Below, piece by piece: positions 1 through 20,972 of a DNA stretch of 64,000 bases (the stretch's first letter is position 1; every line of letters begins with the position of its first letter). The translations under genes and the position numbers were made by a program. The stretch is from the NCBI RefSeq assembly GCF_009914755.1, contig NC_060938.1; one strand, given 5' to 3'. The DNA comes from the human T2T-CHM13v2.0 reference genome, Homo sapiens. Under the pieces are notes generated by a model. That model worked only from the letters and a program-made list of their open reading frames with translations. It was not told where the DNA came from and did not search any database.

Positions 1-991
1 TTAGTGACTTCAAAGAACCCCGGGCGATGGCTGAGGCTGGGAAGAGGGAGCTATGGAGGGTTGAGGGAGAGCCCCTCTCAAAGACTGGCCTAACTTGAGC
101 GCGTGCAAGGGCACAGGATAGGAAGGGATAGCAGGCGGGCTGTGAGTCCCGAGTCAGACACATGGAGGCCCTGGCTCCAGCTCCCTTTTCTCGGACTGAG
201 GGGGAAAAAAACACCTGTATACAGGTGTAGATGAGGCGCCTCTGTGCCTCACTTCCCATCATCTTGGCCCTCCCCACAACCCCGGCTTCAGACAGGTGTG
301 ACTGCAGCACCCTGAGGTAGGTGACCTAGGGGAGCTCAGGAACAGCAGCCTGGAAGTAGCAGGGAGCTCCATCCCCAGGGGCAGCTCTGGGTAATCTGGG
401 TAAGGCAGCCATAGACAGCAGCTCCCCCTCAGCGGCCCCCTGCAGAGACCAGCTCAGAAATGGTCTAGGACTGATTCTCCTTCCCTGCCTCACTTTTTCT
501 GGCCCCCTACTTCTGTTGCCTGGGATTGGTTTCTAAAGCAAACCATTTACCCACAAAGCCTCATCTCAGGCTCTGCTTTTGCGGGGAATCTAGGCCAAGA
601 CAGCACCACAGTGAGAATTACAAGGCTCGGGAGAGGCCTGGTGAGGTCCCTGCCAGGCCTGTCCCAGCCTTTCAGCTTATGGGAGGGAGAGATCTTGAGA
701 GCACTTGGTGCTGACACTGCTGGAAAGGCCATAGTACCCACGCCCAACGGGGAGCAGCTGCACTGCTTGGAGGCAGGTGCTGGCTCTCAGAAGCTCCCTT
801 CCCTGCAGCTCCCAAGCACCGTGCTTCCCACGCGCCAAGCACATGCTAGGCACTGACTCTTGGAGCTGACAGGTATTTGAGGCTCTATGCAAATTGCTTG
901 CCTTCTCGACAGATCAGAGGCCATGCCTGGGGCATCATTTGGGCCCAGACTAGCTCATGGATGACCCTGACTTATTCTTTGTTTTGGGGTC

Positions 992-1626
<635 letters not shown>

Positions 1627-2264
1627 TGACACTGCTGTGTATCTGGTCGCCAAGTTAGAAGCACTTTGATCGATCACTACTGCCAGGGACAGCACAAGTC
1701 CTTCTTCCCACCCGAGGGGGTGCCGTGGCCTCCTAACTAACCTGCCCCTAATCCCCACCATTCCTCTTGCCTTTTCTCTCCCACCCCCCACCTAATCAGG
1801 GACCTCTCCTGTGGAAAGCGGAAAGCATTGCATCTGTCTCCCAGAAAATGCACAGCCCTTCATTCTGCCCTAACCTGACTTCAGGGGTGCGGCCAGGCAC
1901 CTTCCCTTCAGCTCGGCCTGCCCCGGGCCCAGTCATGCGTCCCCGTCCGTCTCTGGTCCTGACGAACCCCTTCCTCCACCTTCTGCAGGGGGACTGATTC
2001 TTGGGGCCTCTACAACTTAAGCCTCATTCTGTGCTGACCTCTTTGTGCTAACTGTAATGAAGTGATTTTAAATTTTTATTTTAGAAATAGTTAACTAGCG
2101 TTCCTGGTATAAAAGGCCTACGTGAAGTGTGAGTTTCTCATCCCTGTCCTCTGATCACCTAGTTCTCTCCATAGGCGGCCATTGCTGCCAGTTCCTTGCA
2201 TATCCCTCAAGGGATGATCACACATTTGCGGGCATGCATGTGTGCACACAAATGACATACTCTA

Positions 2265-2651
<387 letters not shown>

Positions 2652-3345
2652 TCATTCCTTTGTATTGGCTTCATGGTATTCCATTTATGGCGGAAATGAT
2701 TTATGGAAACCATCGTCAATTGACAGGCACAGAAGTATCCTTTGTAACATCAGCAGAATGGAAATCACGTCACTTCACCTATGTGCCAGTGTAGTTGCAG
2801 GATAAATAGAATCTCTGGATGAAAAGATCTGGTTCATTTTTCCATTTGATACGTACTGCTCACTGGCCTTCCAGAGCAGTTGCATCAGTTTCTCCTGTCT
2901 GCGTGAACAAGGCCGCTTGTTGCCCCACGCCCTTGCTAACGCTGTGATAATTGCACATTTTGATCTGAGGTGTTTGATAAGCTGTCGGGCTCTCTAGATT
3001 GAGCTCCTTGAGGTCAGCACTGTTGTGCTCTAGTTCCCCACAGCTGGGAATAATAGGCACATAGATGTGTAGTAACGGAATAGAGAAATCGGGTGCATTG
3101 CGGAGGAAAAATAAACGCCTGCTGGCCCCGTGCTTACGGATCAAAGGCCCTGCCATGGCTTATGAGTGACTCCCAGGGAGTGGGATTCCCAGCTGCCAAT
3201 TCCTGGGTGTCCAGAGAGGAATTAGCTGAGGCTTAGGGTTTTCTGGGCCTTTTTCTTGTTTATTGAGCTGTCTGCTACTTAGGTATTTATTGCCAAAGGA
3301 CTAGGGGAAGAAACATTCAAATCTGAAGGCCTGGTGATTGTAGAT

Positions 3346-3809
<464 letters not shown>

Positions 3810-4196
3810 TGTAGATTTTAAATGAGATTGAATTCCGGATTCTAAGTCCTCCCCCTCCCTCCATTCCTTGGTGCCCTTCTTACCATCCACGCTCCTTAAT
3901 GGGGAGTTGGCTGGCTGATACATGTGAGGAGATTGGCCAAGTTCTGGCCTGGACAAGCTGAAGACACCTTCCTGCCAAGATGGGGCAGGTAGTGCTTCTC
4001 ACAACTACACTGGAAGCAGGAAGGGATGGTCCCACCTGCGCAGTCATGGGGAAGGCATCCGGGAGGAAGGGACAGTTGAATAAGGACAGCGGCTCGCCCG
4101 GGCAAGGGTGAGTGGCAGCACAGGAGGAACTGGCCCCTTGCAGTCAAGTAGGCTGTTTCCTTGTCAATGGAGGGTATTAGAATTTTGTGTGGTTCA

Positions 4197-4477
4197 GGCC
4201 AGGTGCAGTGGCTCACGCCTGTAATCCCAGCACTTTGGGAGGCTGAGGCGGGTGGATCATGAGGTCTGGAGATCGAGACCATCCTGGCTAACACGGTGAA
4301 ACCCCATCTGTAGTGGCGGGCGCCTGTAGTCCCAGCTACTCGGGAGGCTGAGGCAGGAGAATGGCGTGCCAAGTTGCTACTACTCCGAAGTAGCTGGGTT
4401 TACAGGCGCGCCCCTGCACTCCAGCCTGGGCGACAGTAGGACCCTGTCTCAAAAAACTAAATAAATATATAAATAAT
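4197..4477 (+). mobile_element. Rearranged AluY (linker deleted, internal inversion)
   Basis: AluY diagnostics (GAGATCGAGACCATCCTGGCTAACACGG, GAATGGCGTG). The A-rich linker is missing and there is an inverted insert at 4383-4413. Confidence 0.9.
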
Positions 4478-4559
4478 TTTAAGTGTGTCTTTTGCTATAT
4501 AGCAAATTATTTATGTTTTTTAGTAATAATTGCTAGATTTATTGGTGACTGCTTTGCCC

Positions 4560-4720
4560 CTAAGGACCAAGCATGCATTTCATAATTTAATCTTTATGTT
4601 AACCTCACAAGTAGGGACTGTCATTATCTCTGTTCTATAGAAGAGGAAGCCAAGACTTAGAGAAACGTGTCTTGCCCACATCATGCAACTAGCAAGTGCC
4701 AGAGCTGGGCCAGAAGCACC
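4560..4720. mobile_element. MIR fragment
   Basis: Degenerate MIR core (ATTATCTCTGTTCTATAGAAGAGGAAGCCAAGACTTAGAG...GCAAGTGCCAGAGCTGGG). Confidence 0.6.
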
Positions 4721-4860
4721 TAAAACCGTAGCCCACCTTACAGCCTCTGTCACTCTCTCGGATGCTGACTCAAGCCCTCACTCCACTGTGAAATCTTCTT
4801 GATCTCATTCACGCCCTTAACTTCTCTAGGCCTGTCTCCTCACATGCAGAGAAAGGATAA

Positions 4861-5198
<338 letters not shown>

Positions 5199-5349
5199 GT
5201 GTGTATTCATTTATAAACTTACTTACAGGCACTGTTCATAACCAGTTTGTTCAACATCGGTCACACTAACACGCCGTTTTCCTCGTGCACCCACGATTCT
5301 AGGCCCAGGCCATTGCTGTCCTGAGGCTGGGATGACTATGTGCTGTCAG

Positions 5350-5480
5350 GCTCCCACTTCTCAGAGTGGGGAACTGAGGCCAGAGAGTCAAAGTGACTTG
5401 CCCAGGGTCACTCAGCTCCTACACGGAGGCATGGGCTGGGGACCCAGGTGGACTGGCTTTGAAACAGAACTCCTCCACTG
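5350..5480. mobile_element. MIR fragment
   Basis: GAACTGAGGCCAGAGAG...AAGTGACTTGCCCAGGGTCACTCAGCT MIR core. Confidence 0.65.
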
Positions 5481-6259
5481 AGCTTGGCTTCCAGGGTCAC
5501 TGGTAAGTGGAGGGAAGGTAGACCCCTTCAGCTGGGCTACAGCCCATAGCTGAGCCTGTCCTGAACCTCCCCACAGCCAGCTACAGCGACTACAGCCCCT
5601 TGGGTCTTGGGTCACAGACCCTAAGGACCACTGCAGGGATGTCCTCTTGATGGGACTGGCTGTGGGGTGCCCCACTGGCGAACATCCCTTATAAGCCTGG
5701 ATTTCGTCTCATCGCAGGGGTACAGTAGGTGTGCTTCAGCTTTCCTGCTTCTAGCAGAGAGCACCTTACCCAAATCCTGGGTGGTTGCCAGGGCCGACCC
5801 AAACTGGAAGCCAGCCCTCTGCAGCTATGCCCTGGTCATTACCCCTCCGTCTCCTCCACCTTTCCACCCACAGCCCCAGGCTGTCTCAAGTGGACCCATT
5901 GGCCCTTGAGCTTTTTCAGGCCCTTGTTGACACGCTGCGTAGCCATTGAGATCGACCCCACCGGCCTCTTCCTTCCTGGAGTGTGAGTCTGGGCTCCTCT
6001 GCAGCCCTGGGCCACTGAGTCAAAGACCTCATGGGTGCCCACGGAGTACTGGCCATCAGTGCCATGAGGCCAGGGCCTGCAGCACCGAGTCGAAGACCTC
6101 GTGGGTGCCCACAGAGTGGTGGCCCACTCAGCACTGCAGGCTGAGTGTACCACTACACAGCCTCCACAGCAGGATTCTGCCCTTGCCCGGCCCTGATTGC
6201 AGGAGCGGCTCTAATGACCGCTGCACCCTGATCACCTTTCTCAGAAAGACTGTTACAGT

Positions 6260-6668
6260 CCTGGTCCCCAGGAATCATGCCTCCAAGTGTCCTTGCCTAG
6301 TGTCGTCCCTTTACCCACCAACTCTGGGCTGGGTCATGGACTTGTTTTGATCAATGGAACCTTCACAGGCTTGACATGAGCTTTAGGGCCTGCCTGCTCT
6401 TGTTTCTGAAAACTCTGTTACCCTGTAAAGAAGCTTGGGACAGCCTGCTGGAGACAGGTGGTCAGGCTGACAGCCACCACAAACCACCAAACCTGTGTGT
6501 GAAGCCATCTGAAGCCAGAAGGCCCTGATGGAGCACCCAGGAGACCACACGAGTGACCCAGGCAAGCCCCGTTCCAACTATTCACCCACAAGATGCGAGC
6601 AAGTAAAATGGCCTGTGTTTTCAGCCAAGTTCTGGAGCAATTTGCCACGGCAATAGGTAACTGAGATG
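6260..6668 (+). mobile_element. MLT1-type MaLR LTR
   Basis: The 3' end resembles MLT1: GTGTTTTCAGCCAAGTTCTGGAGCAATTTGCCACGGCAATAGGTAACTGA. Confidence 0.6.
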
Positions 6669-8492
6669 GTTGGAGAGGAGTGGGACTCAGGGAATTTGTG
6701 GCAAATTTCAGGCTGCAGAAAAGGCTGGGCTCCCAGACTTCAGAGTCCTTGGGTGTGTGCAGGCACAGCCCGCAGTGGCAGGCCACAGATGCCTTCGTGG
6801 AGGATGCCAGAGCCTGCCTGGTGAGCACATGGGTGAGTGTGAGCTCCTACCTCAGAGGCTGGGATGCCACCTCCTCTGCCTCTCTGGGGCTGAAGGCACA
6901 GGGCTCCCAGTGCAACACCTTCCTATAGAGAACCTGGCAGCTCCTTGGAGCCTCACCTATGAGATCCTGAGCCAAGCCTCAGGACCCCTGCACGGAGTGG
7001 ACTGAACACATTTAGTTGGGGGTGTACGTGGCTGCCAGGCCTTTCTTGGTAGCTGTCCTCTCCACGGCCCTCCAGGCTGCTGAGCCTCGGTCCTCTTGGT
7101 TGAATGCCTTGTTCATGAAGGAGATTCAGAATTGAAATGTGTTCCCCGCTCCCCACCCCTCATTCCTCTGGCCACATCCTCCTGGCCTTCCTGCCCCAGC
7201 CTACATTGGGCTGCAGCACCTTCCAGCTCTGTGAAGCTGAATCTTGCCTGGCTAGGAATCAGGGGCTTGGATTCTGTCCCTGAATCACTGTGCTGTGAGA
7301 CAAGCCCCTCCCGCCCCTGGTGTTCTGTTTCTCCATTTGAGTGGGGCCGGCAAGAGCCAGGTACATGCCCTATCCCTTTGGATGCCCTGGTGAGGAGGTG
7401 GCCACTCAGCTGCCTCCCCAACCAAATGGCCGGTAGATCCACAGCTGCCTCCCACATCAGTTGAACTGGGATGGGGTGCGGGGCATATGGGGCTGGGGGA
7501 GGTTCCCAGCCTTTCTGGGAGTAGCCAGTAAGGACCGTGTCCCTGCAGGCCTGTCCCAGCAAAGTGCCCGGAGCTGCATGCTCTGCACAGCCCTTAGGCT
7601 TTCCTGGGACCCAGCAGGGTGGGGCGGGGATGCCTTGGGGGCAGCCAGCCTGAGGCAGGTTCCAAACCCTGCTCTGCAATGTGAGTCCTTCCAGTTGTTG
7701 AGTCCCTTCTTGGTAAAAGGAAATCGTGCCTTTGAGGCATTTGTCAGCAAAAGCATTTCTTGAGCCCCTGCAATGTAGCTTTGGGCAGGTGATGAGCAAG
7801 ACAGACAGGGTTCCAGCCCTGAAGGACCCTGAATTCCAGTCGGGAGACAGAGAAATGGAAACATCCACACAGGGAGGGTAGCAGCAGGTTTCCTATGATT
7901 GGATTAGTTGGCTGAACTGTGCCACCATTCAAGCCTGGGGTGCTGGGATGGGCCAGGAGGTAACCCCAGGCCTCACCCCACCCTAGCCCAGAGACTCCCT
8001 CCCTGTGTAGAGTCCAGGAAGGCTTTGTCGGTGATTGATCTGACTTCCAGAGATGCCGAGCCCACCCTGCTAGGGGTCGTGATTCATCCGTGAGCCAAGT
8101 TTTACCACTCAGTGGTGGTCCAAGGCTTTCAACAGTGGGAAGGTAGGCCCTGGATGTGCCACATGAAGGCAGAGGCTGGCAGGGGCACTGTGACCTGCAC
8201 CTTTCCACCTCCCCGCCCCAAAGCTGGATCGTGGTCTCTGAATGCCATTTCCCACGGAAAGGAACCATGTTCTTTGGAGAAGTGACTGGATTTCGCTATG
8301 GGAGGAAGGAAGTATACAAGGGGAGCCTGGGAATCTGATGCCAGAGATCAAAGAAGCACCCAAAATGATGGGGTCACGTCCGAGGGACTTGGGAGCCAAA
8401 CTAAAGGACCTCCTACTGGCCTAACATGCCATTAAAAAAAAGGACATTGATCAAAACAGTAAAGATAAGAATACAAAAATTAATAATGATAG

Positions 8493-12160
<3,668 letters not shown>

Positions 12161-12174
12161 GGGGGCTGGTGGCA

Positions 12175-12679
12175 ACCCAGCACTTTGTGAGGCCAAGGCA
12201 GGAGAATTTCTTGAGCCTGGGAGTTTGAAGCTGCAGTGAGCTATGATCGCACCACTGCCCTCCAGCCTGGGTGACAGAGCAAGACTCCGTCTCAAAAAAA
12301 AAAAAAAAAAAAAAAGTTACTATTTATTTATTTGTTATCATTATTTTTTTTTCTTTTTTTTTTTTTTTTTATTTGACACGGAGTCTCGCTCTGCTCTGTT
12401 GCCCAGACTGGAGTGCAGTGGCGTGATCTCCGCTCACTGCAAGCTCCGCCTCCTGGGTTCACGCCATTCTCCTGCCTCAGCCTCCTGAGTAGCTGGGACT
12501 ACAGGCGCCCACCACTGCACCCGGCTAATTTTTTATATTTTTAGTAGAGACGGGGTTTCACCATGTTAGCCAGGATGGTCTCGATCTCCTGACCTCGTGA
12601 TCCACTGGGAGGACCTCGTGATCCACGCCTCGGCCTCCCAAAGTGCTGGGATTACAGGCGTGAGCCACCGCACCCGGCC
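12175..12679. mobile_element. Alu monomer (+) tail-to-tail with AluY (-)
   Basis: Alu consensus. The AluY carries a duplicated GACCTCGTGATCCAC. Confidence 0.9.
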
Positions 12680-12708
12680 TTGTTATAATTATTTTCTTTA
12701 AGAAATAA

Positions 12709-14486
<1,778 letters not shown>

Positions 14487-14499
14487 TGACTTTACTATT

Positions 14500-14915
14500 T
14501 AAAGCGAAAATAAGAATGCTTTATTTTGTATGTATAATAAGTAGATGTGGTAGATGACTGCAGCAGCCCTGGCGATGGCGCAGGTGGAAATATTCTACTG
14601 CTCTATTTTACTTGAAGTAATTCAATTCTAATTCTGAGAAGACTGGGATTAGTTAAAATGCACATTTTCACCTCCAGTGCCATCACTAAAAAACAATAAT
14701 GCAAACACATATAGCCAGAAATCCAATAGGAAATTGTGGAATACTAAAAAATATTGTATTAACACAAAAGAAGGCAGGAAAGGAGCAATAGACAAACCAA
14801 AAGAGATGAGACAAAATAAATATTAACATGGCGGACCCCACTCTACCTTAACTCCAGCCGAAATCCCACGTGGGTGAAACAAACCCTCCGATTAAAAGAT
14901 CAAGACAGTCAGACC
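14500..14915 (+). mobile_element. Ancient L1 fragment
   Basis: A-rich sequence such as AACACAAAAGAAGGCAGGAAAGGAG...CCGATTAAAAGATCAAGACAGTCAGA, typical of old L1M. Confidence 0.6.
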
Positions 14916-15360
14916 AGGCAGGGTGGAGGCGACGGTGTCTGGGAAGCAGGGGAAGCAGGCTGAGCCAGGGCTTGGAGGGAAGGAGCAGGGGTGGTCCCAG
15001 TGCCCATCTCTGCATGGCCAGGGCCACCCGGGCCACTCTGAGTCCCTGCAGGAAGAGCCGGGCAGGGACTCACGGTCCAGGGAGCCTGCTTCTGGGCTGG
15101 GGGAGGAGGTCTGCTCTGGAGGGCCAGGCACGGGTGGGGCAGGTCCTGAGGTGGGGGTTCCGCCTCTGAGCCTGATGTCAGCAGGAGATACTTGTCCTCC
15201 CCACCATTTCCTGGGCTGACTCTCGGGGTTGTCTCTACGGCCGGGTGATATGAGGCCTACACAGCGAACATAGGCCCCAGGCAGCTGCCTGCTGGGTGTG
15301 TACGTGGCGGTTCCTCGGGTACACGAACTAGCAGGAGTGACTGTGGAGGCAGCCAGGACG

Positions 15361-15489
15361 TGTGTGCGTGTGTGTGTGTGTGTCTGTGTATGTGTATATG
15401 TGTGTGTGTGTCTATGTGTATGTGTATATGTGTGTTTATGTGTGTATATATGTGTGTATGTGTATGTGTACATGTGTGTATATGTGCGT
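15361..15489. repeat. Compound (TG)n/(TATG)n microsatellite
   Basis: Directly visible. Confidence 0.97.
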
Positions 15490-16317
15490 CCCTGGGCGCG
15501 TGGATGCGCCCTCCCCTCCCCTCCCCTCTCCTCCATCCTGTCTGCCTCCTCCATACCTAGCCAGGGGCTGGTACGCAGGGAGTCCCACGCCTGCTGGCTG
15601 AAGGGTGGGGCTTGTGCTTCCGCCCATGGGCAGCTTTGCCAGCGCAAGGAGTTTCTCACCTGCAGCGGCCCCCGTGCATGAACGCTGACGCCTGTGACAC
15701 CACGGTTTGTGCTCAATGGATGCCTGATGCCCTGGAGAGGGAATGGCTTCTTGGGGACAGCAAATTAGCCTGTGAGTCAGCTTCTTGAGGGGGCATGTGG
15801 GGTTCTCCTGCTCCCAAATCTGCACCTTCTGGTGATGTGCACGGCGCAGCCCTAGCCCCAGACCGTCTGCCTGTGCCCGTTCCCAGGTGCCTGCTGTTTC
15901 GGGCCTCTTGACTGTAGACCTGGAGCCGCTGCTCACACTTGCGAAGACAATGGAAGGCCAATCCCCACCCCCACCCCTGCTCTTCTGGCCATGCTAGGAA
16001 TGGTCATAAGGTGTGATATTTTGAAAACATGAGCTGTATGTCCAAGAGTGTGGCCCGGCCCGCTACACTGGCTGTCTGGCGCCCTGGCTGCTGTATTTTG
16101 GTGACTGAGCCTTTTTAGCTTGCAGAGCATGTCACTTCCAAGATGTTTTGGACTGAAAAACCAGCATGCAGAGGCCTATTCTTATCAGCTATCCAGGGAC
16201 ACCGGCTGTGCCTGGGGGGCCTGGATGGGGGTCCCAGACTCTGTCCCCTCTGTGACCTAGGACTGACACACTCATGACCTGCCTCACCCATTCACATGGC
16301 CCAGCTCTCGTCCACCT

Positions 16318-17280
<963 letters not shown>

Positions 17281-19603
17281 TAGTCCTCTGTTGACCCCCT
17301 CAGCCAGGCTCCAGGTCCAGCCACCCGCTGTCTGCAGCACACACCTTCCCATCACCCTGGGAGGGCTGCGTGGCACCCATGGTGTGAGAGAGGAGGCTGC
17401 GCCTGAGAGGTGCGTTAGTGAGCCTGACACACAGCCTGTGTGTGGCCTGGAGACCACTAGTTCTGGCTCTGAAGTCCACTGGGGCTCTGGGACCTCGGTG
17501 GGCCCTTGAGTCCGTGTGGCTTGACCCTTGGTTGTTTGGGGCCTGCTTCCCAGCTGCCAGCAGAACTGGGGCTCCCGTCCTCACTCCTCCTGCAGCTCAG
17601 CTCCAGAGCTCCAGGGGCCTGGGCCCTCTGCCCAGCTCATCCTCTGCTCCCAGTAGGCAACCCCCCCACCCTTGAGAGGGGGTTGCCCTATGCCTGTCCC
17701 TCTGGGGTCTGCTTGCCTATTCCTGTCCCAGCACCTGCCGGGTGGTCAGGTGGAGTGGCTTCAGGGGCAAGGCCCCCGCTATTTTTAGCACTTTCGGCTC
17801 CTGTAAACACCTCTCCCAGCCTCTCTGGCCCTGGAAGCCTCTCCTCCCCAGCACAGCCGGGACCGCGGCTGTCACACGCCCCTGCAAGGCCTGGAGGAGG
17901 GTCCCTGAAACTTCGTGCAGCACCCGCCCTCTCCTGCAGCAGAGATTGGCGCTGCGTTCCCAGCCCCTTCAGCTGCTTCTCCCCAGAGCCAGGTGCTTGG
18001 GTCCAGCCGTGCGGTGTGGACCAGGCCATGCTTGGGGACGACAATCGAGGCAAGTCCTACCTGCAGGAATCGGTGTGCTGAGAAGCAGGGCTTTGCACAC
18101 AAGCTATATGTGTTGCCACACAGCCACCACTGCCATCCTAGGGGAGCAGCGGGCCACTGCCAGGCATCCCACACCTCCCTGCGTGACAGCAGCCTGGCCA
18201 GCTTTGAGCAGCCCTGAGCCTGTGCGGGGACAGCTCTTGGTGTTCCTGTTTTGCATTACCTTTTCACTGTTTGTTGAGACAGCCCAGGCAGCATCTTGGG
18301 GGCTAATCCCGGGGGCTGAGTCGCTGGAGAGGGGTCAAGGGGAGTGGCCTGTGGCTGCCATTAGTGCCTGTCCCTGTGGCCTCGGTCCCCGCGGCCTCGG
18401 TCCCTGCAGCCGCAGTGGCGCCTGCATGGAGGGGGCCCCCTAATCATGGTGCCTCGGCTGTGGAATGTTCTGGGAGCTAGTCAGAACGGACATGGCTGCC
18501 GCAGCTGACCCTCCCGCCTGGCGAACTCTTTCTGGCTAATTGTTCTGTTTGTTTGCCCAGAGCAGGTGGGGGCAGGGCCTCTTCCATCCATTATCGGCTC
18601 ACATGGTGCCAGGGAGGCACCGTGTGCACACAGGCTCAGCATTTTGGTTTTGCTTGAATTAGCAAGAAGCAGCAGGGAGTGGGGTTTGAGATATCTGAAT
18701 ATTTGTGGCTGTGCAAACCCAGAATCAACAAATAATAATCAGCAAATCAAGAAAAATTACATCAACAATCAACAAATAATAATACACCAGGAATCCACTG
18801 GTTATGAGCGCAGCTCAGCACAGCGACATTTCTCAGCTCGTTGATGTCCCTTCCTCGGTGCGTGCTGAGTCGTTCCTGTGTGCCGAGGCCGGTGCGGGGT
18901 GCTGGGGCCCAGTCCCCTGGGTTCACAGCCCAGGCTGTGACAGAGGTGGGTTCTAAAGACTCCCGAGCTGGTGTGCAGTCTCTTCTTACACCCTTGTCCA
19001 GATGGCCGCGGGGCCCATCCTGCGCCCTAAAGAGCAGAGTCAGGGCCAGGAGCTGGGCACAGGCGGTTTTTCTGGGAGATGTTCCCAGGGGGTCTCCTGG
19101 GGAGAGGCTGGCTGGGGCCACTGCAGGTTGGGGGATGGAGCTGGTCACCTCTGTGGGAACCCAGGGCTCAGTCCCCCCAGGGACCATATGAAATCATATG
19201 TCATGCGCCTGAGGACAGCCGGCAGATGGTGGGGGGCTGGGTGTTTATCCAGGAACTCTTGACCCAGGGTTGAGGGTTGCCTTGGGGGTGACAACACTCC
19301 AGCACTTTCCACTGCAAAGGGTCCTTGCTGGCTGCAGAGAAACCAGGGAGCTTGGGGGTCAGTTCCACCCCTGGGCTGGTGTGGGCCTGACACAGGACCT
19401 GGCCCCGTCGGCACTGTCTGTCATGGCTGCGCAGAAATTGGGGTGCGGGACAGGGAGGCGGAGAGCAGTCAGACCTGGGCTCAGGGCCAGCCCCGCGAGT
19501 TCTTCAAACCCCATGGCATCTGGAAAAGGAGGCAACAGGGATCGGGCCTCGGTGGCTGATGTGACAGGTCTGCGGGCATAAGAGGCCCAGGGAGCAAAGG
19601 CAG

Positions 19604-19691
19604 CACAACCCTTCCAGCACCCAGAACGGCATGGCGGGGCCTGCAGACACAACCTTTCCAGCACCCAGAGCAGTGTGGCGGGGCCTGCAGA
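19604..19691. repeat. 44-bp tandem duplication
   Basis: Two copies of CACAACCYTTCCAGCACCCAGA..TGGCGGGGCCTGCAGA. Confidence 0.9.
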
Positions 19692-19856
19692 GAGCCTCCT
19701 GCGTGGCCTGTGCAGGGTGCAGCGCCCGCCGGCAAAGCCTGCACGATGGGGACAGAGCCCCCTCTGGACAGGGGAAGAGAAGTCCGGGCTGGGGATGGTC
19801 AGGGGGTGAGGCCTGAGGCCCCTGGAGCAAGTTACAGGGTTGTAACAGGAAGCTAG

Positions 19857-20210
<354 letters not shown>

Positions 20211-20264
20211 GGAAGGCACAGTTTTGCCTGTGGTTGCTGGAGGTCCCCGAGGGTGGCTCAGATG

Positions 20265-20400
20265 CCAGCACTGGCCCAGAGCTGTGTGGCCCTGGGCAAG
20301 TTACTTCTCCTCGCTGGGCCTCAGGGTTCCCATCTCTAAAACAGAGATGATGGGCCCTGCCCCGTGGGGCTGTAGTGAGGATTCAGCAAAATCACCATGG
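20265..20400. mobile_element. MIR fragment
   Basis: GCTGTGTGGCCCTGGGCAAGTTACTT...CCTCAGGGTTCCCATCTCTAAAAC. Confidence 0.75.
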
Positions 20401-20972
20401 GGTGTGTGTCCCACAGGCAGGAGTGAGCATGGGGTGGGGGCAGCCTGTCCAGGGAAGCCAATAACAACCATCATCACAAGGCACCGCACCGCTGTGCTTC
20501 CCTTAGGACCCTCGTGCAGGGCTCCCGTGTCCTTCCACATCCCCTTCCCCCTTCCCTGCGAGAGCCTGAATCCTGGGAAGGGCCGCCTGGGCAGGCCTAG
20601 GCCCTCCTTGTACAGAGGTGGGAACTGGGGTGGGAGGGAGCTGGGGTGCCCCTAAGGGGCCAGTGGGTGGGAGGCGGGGATGAACACACATCCAGGGCAG
20701 GGGGAGCAACCCCTCTTAATCCAGGGCCAACACAGTGAGCATGCATGGCTTTTTCCCCCAATTTAAAATGAAAATAACTTTATTGAGACCCACGGACAAA
20801 ACTTCTGTCCTCGTAATACTGATTTCCTAAGCTTATTTCTCAGCACTGGCTGCTGGGTCACAGTTCTCCTGAGGTGTGACTGAGCATCTGGTGGGCACTG
20901 AGCTGTTCTGGGCCCGGGCTGCAACGTGGCTGTGGGCTGCTTGGCCTGTGCGGGCTAGACACCAAGGCAGCC

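Noticed and set aside
1-950. Possible RCOR1 3' end
   Set aside because: RCOR1 is the recalled upstream neighbour, but no terminal exon or polyadenylation signal is identifiable here.
7113-7868. 251-aa minus-strand ORF
   Set aside because: No recognisable homology, domain or splice context; typical chance ORF in GC-rich DNA.
14892-15716. 274-aa ORF with HT/YT repeats and the opposite-strand VC repeats
   Set aside because: Translation of the (TG)n microsatellite.
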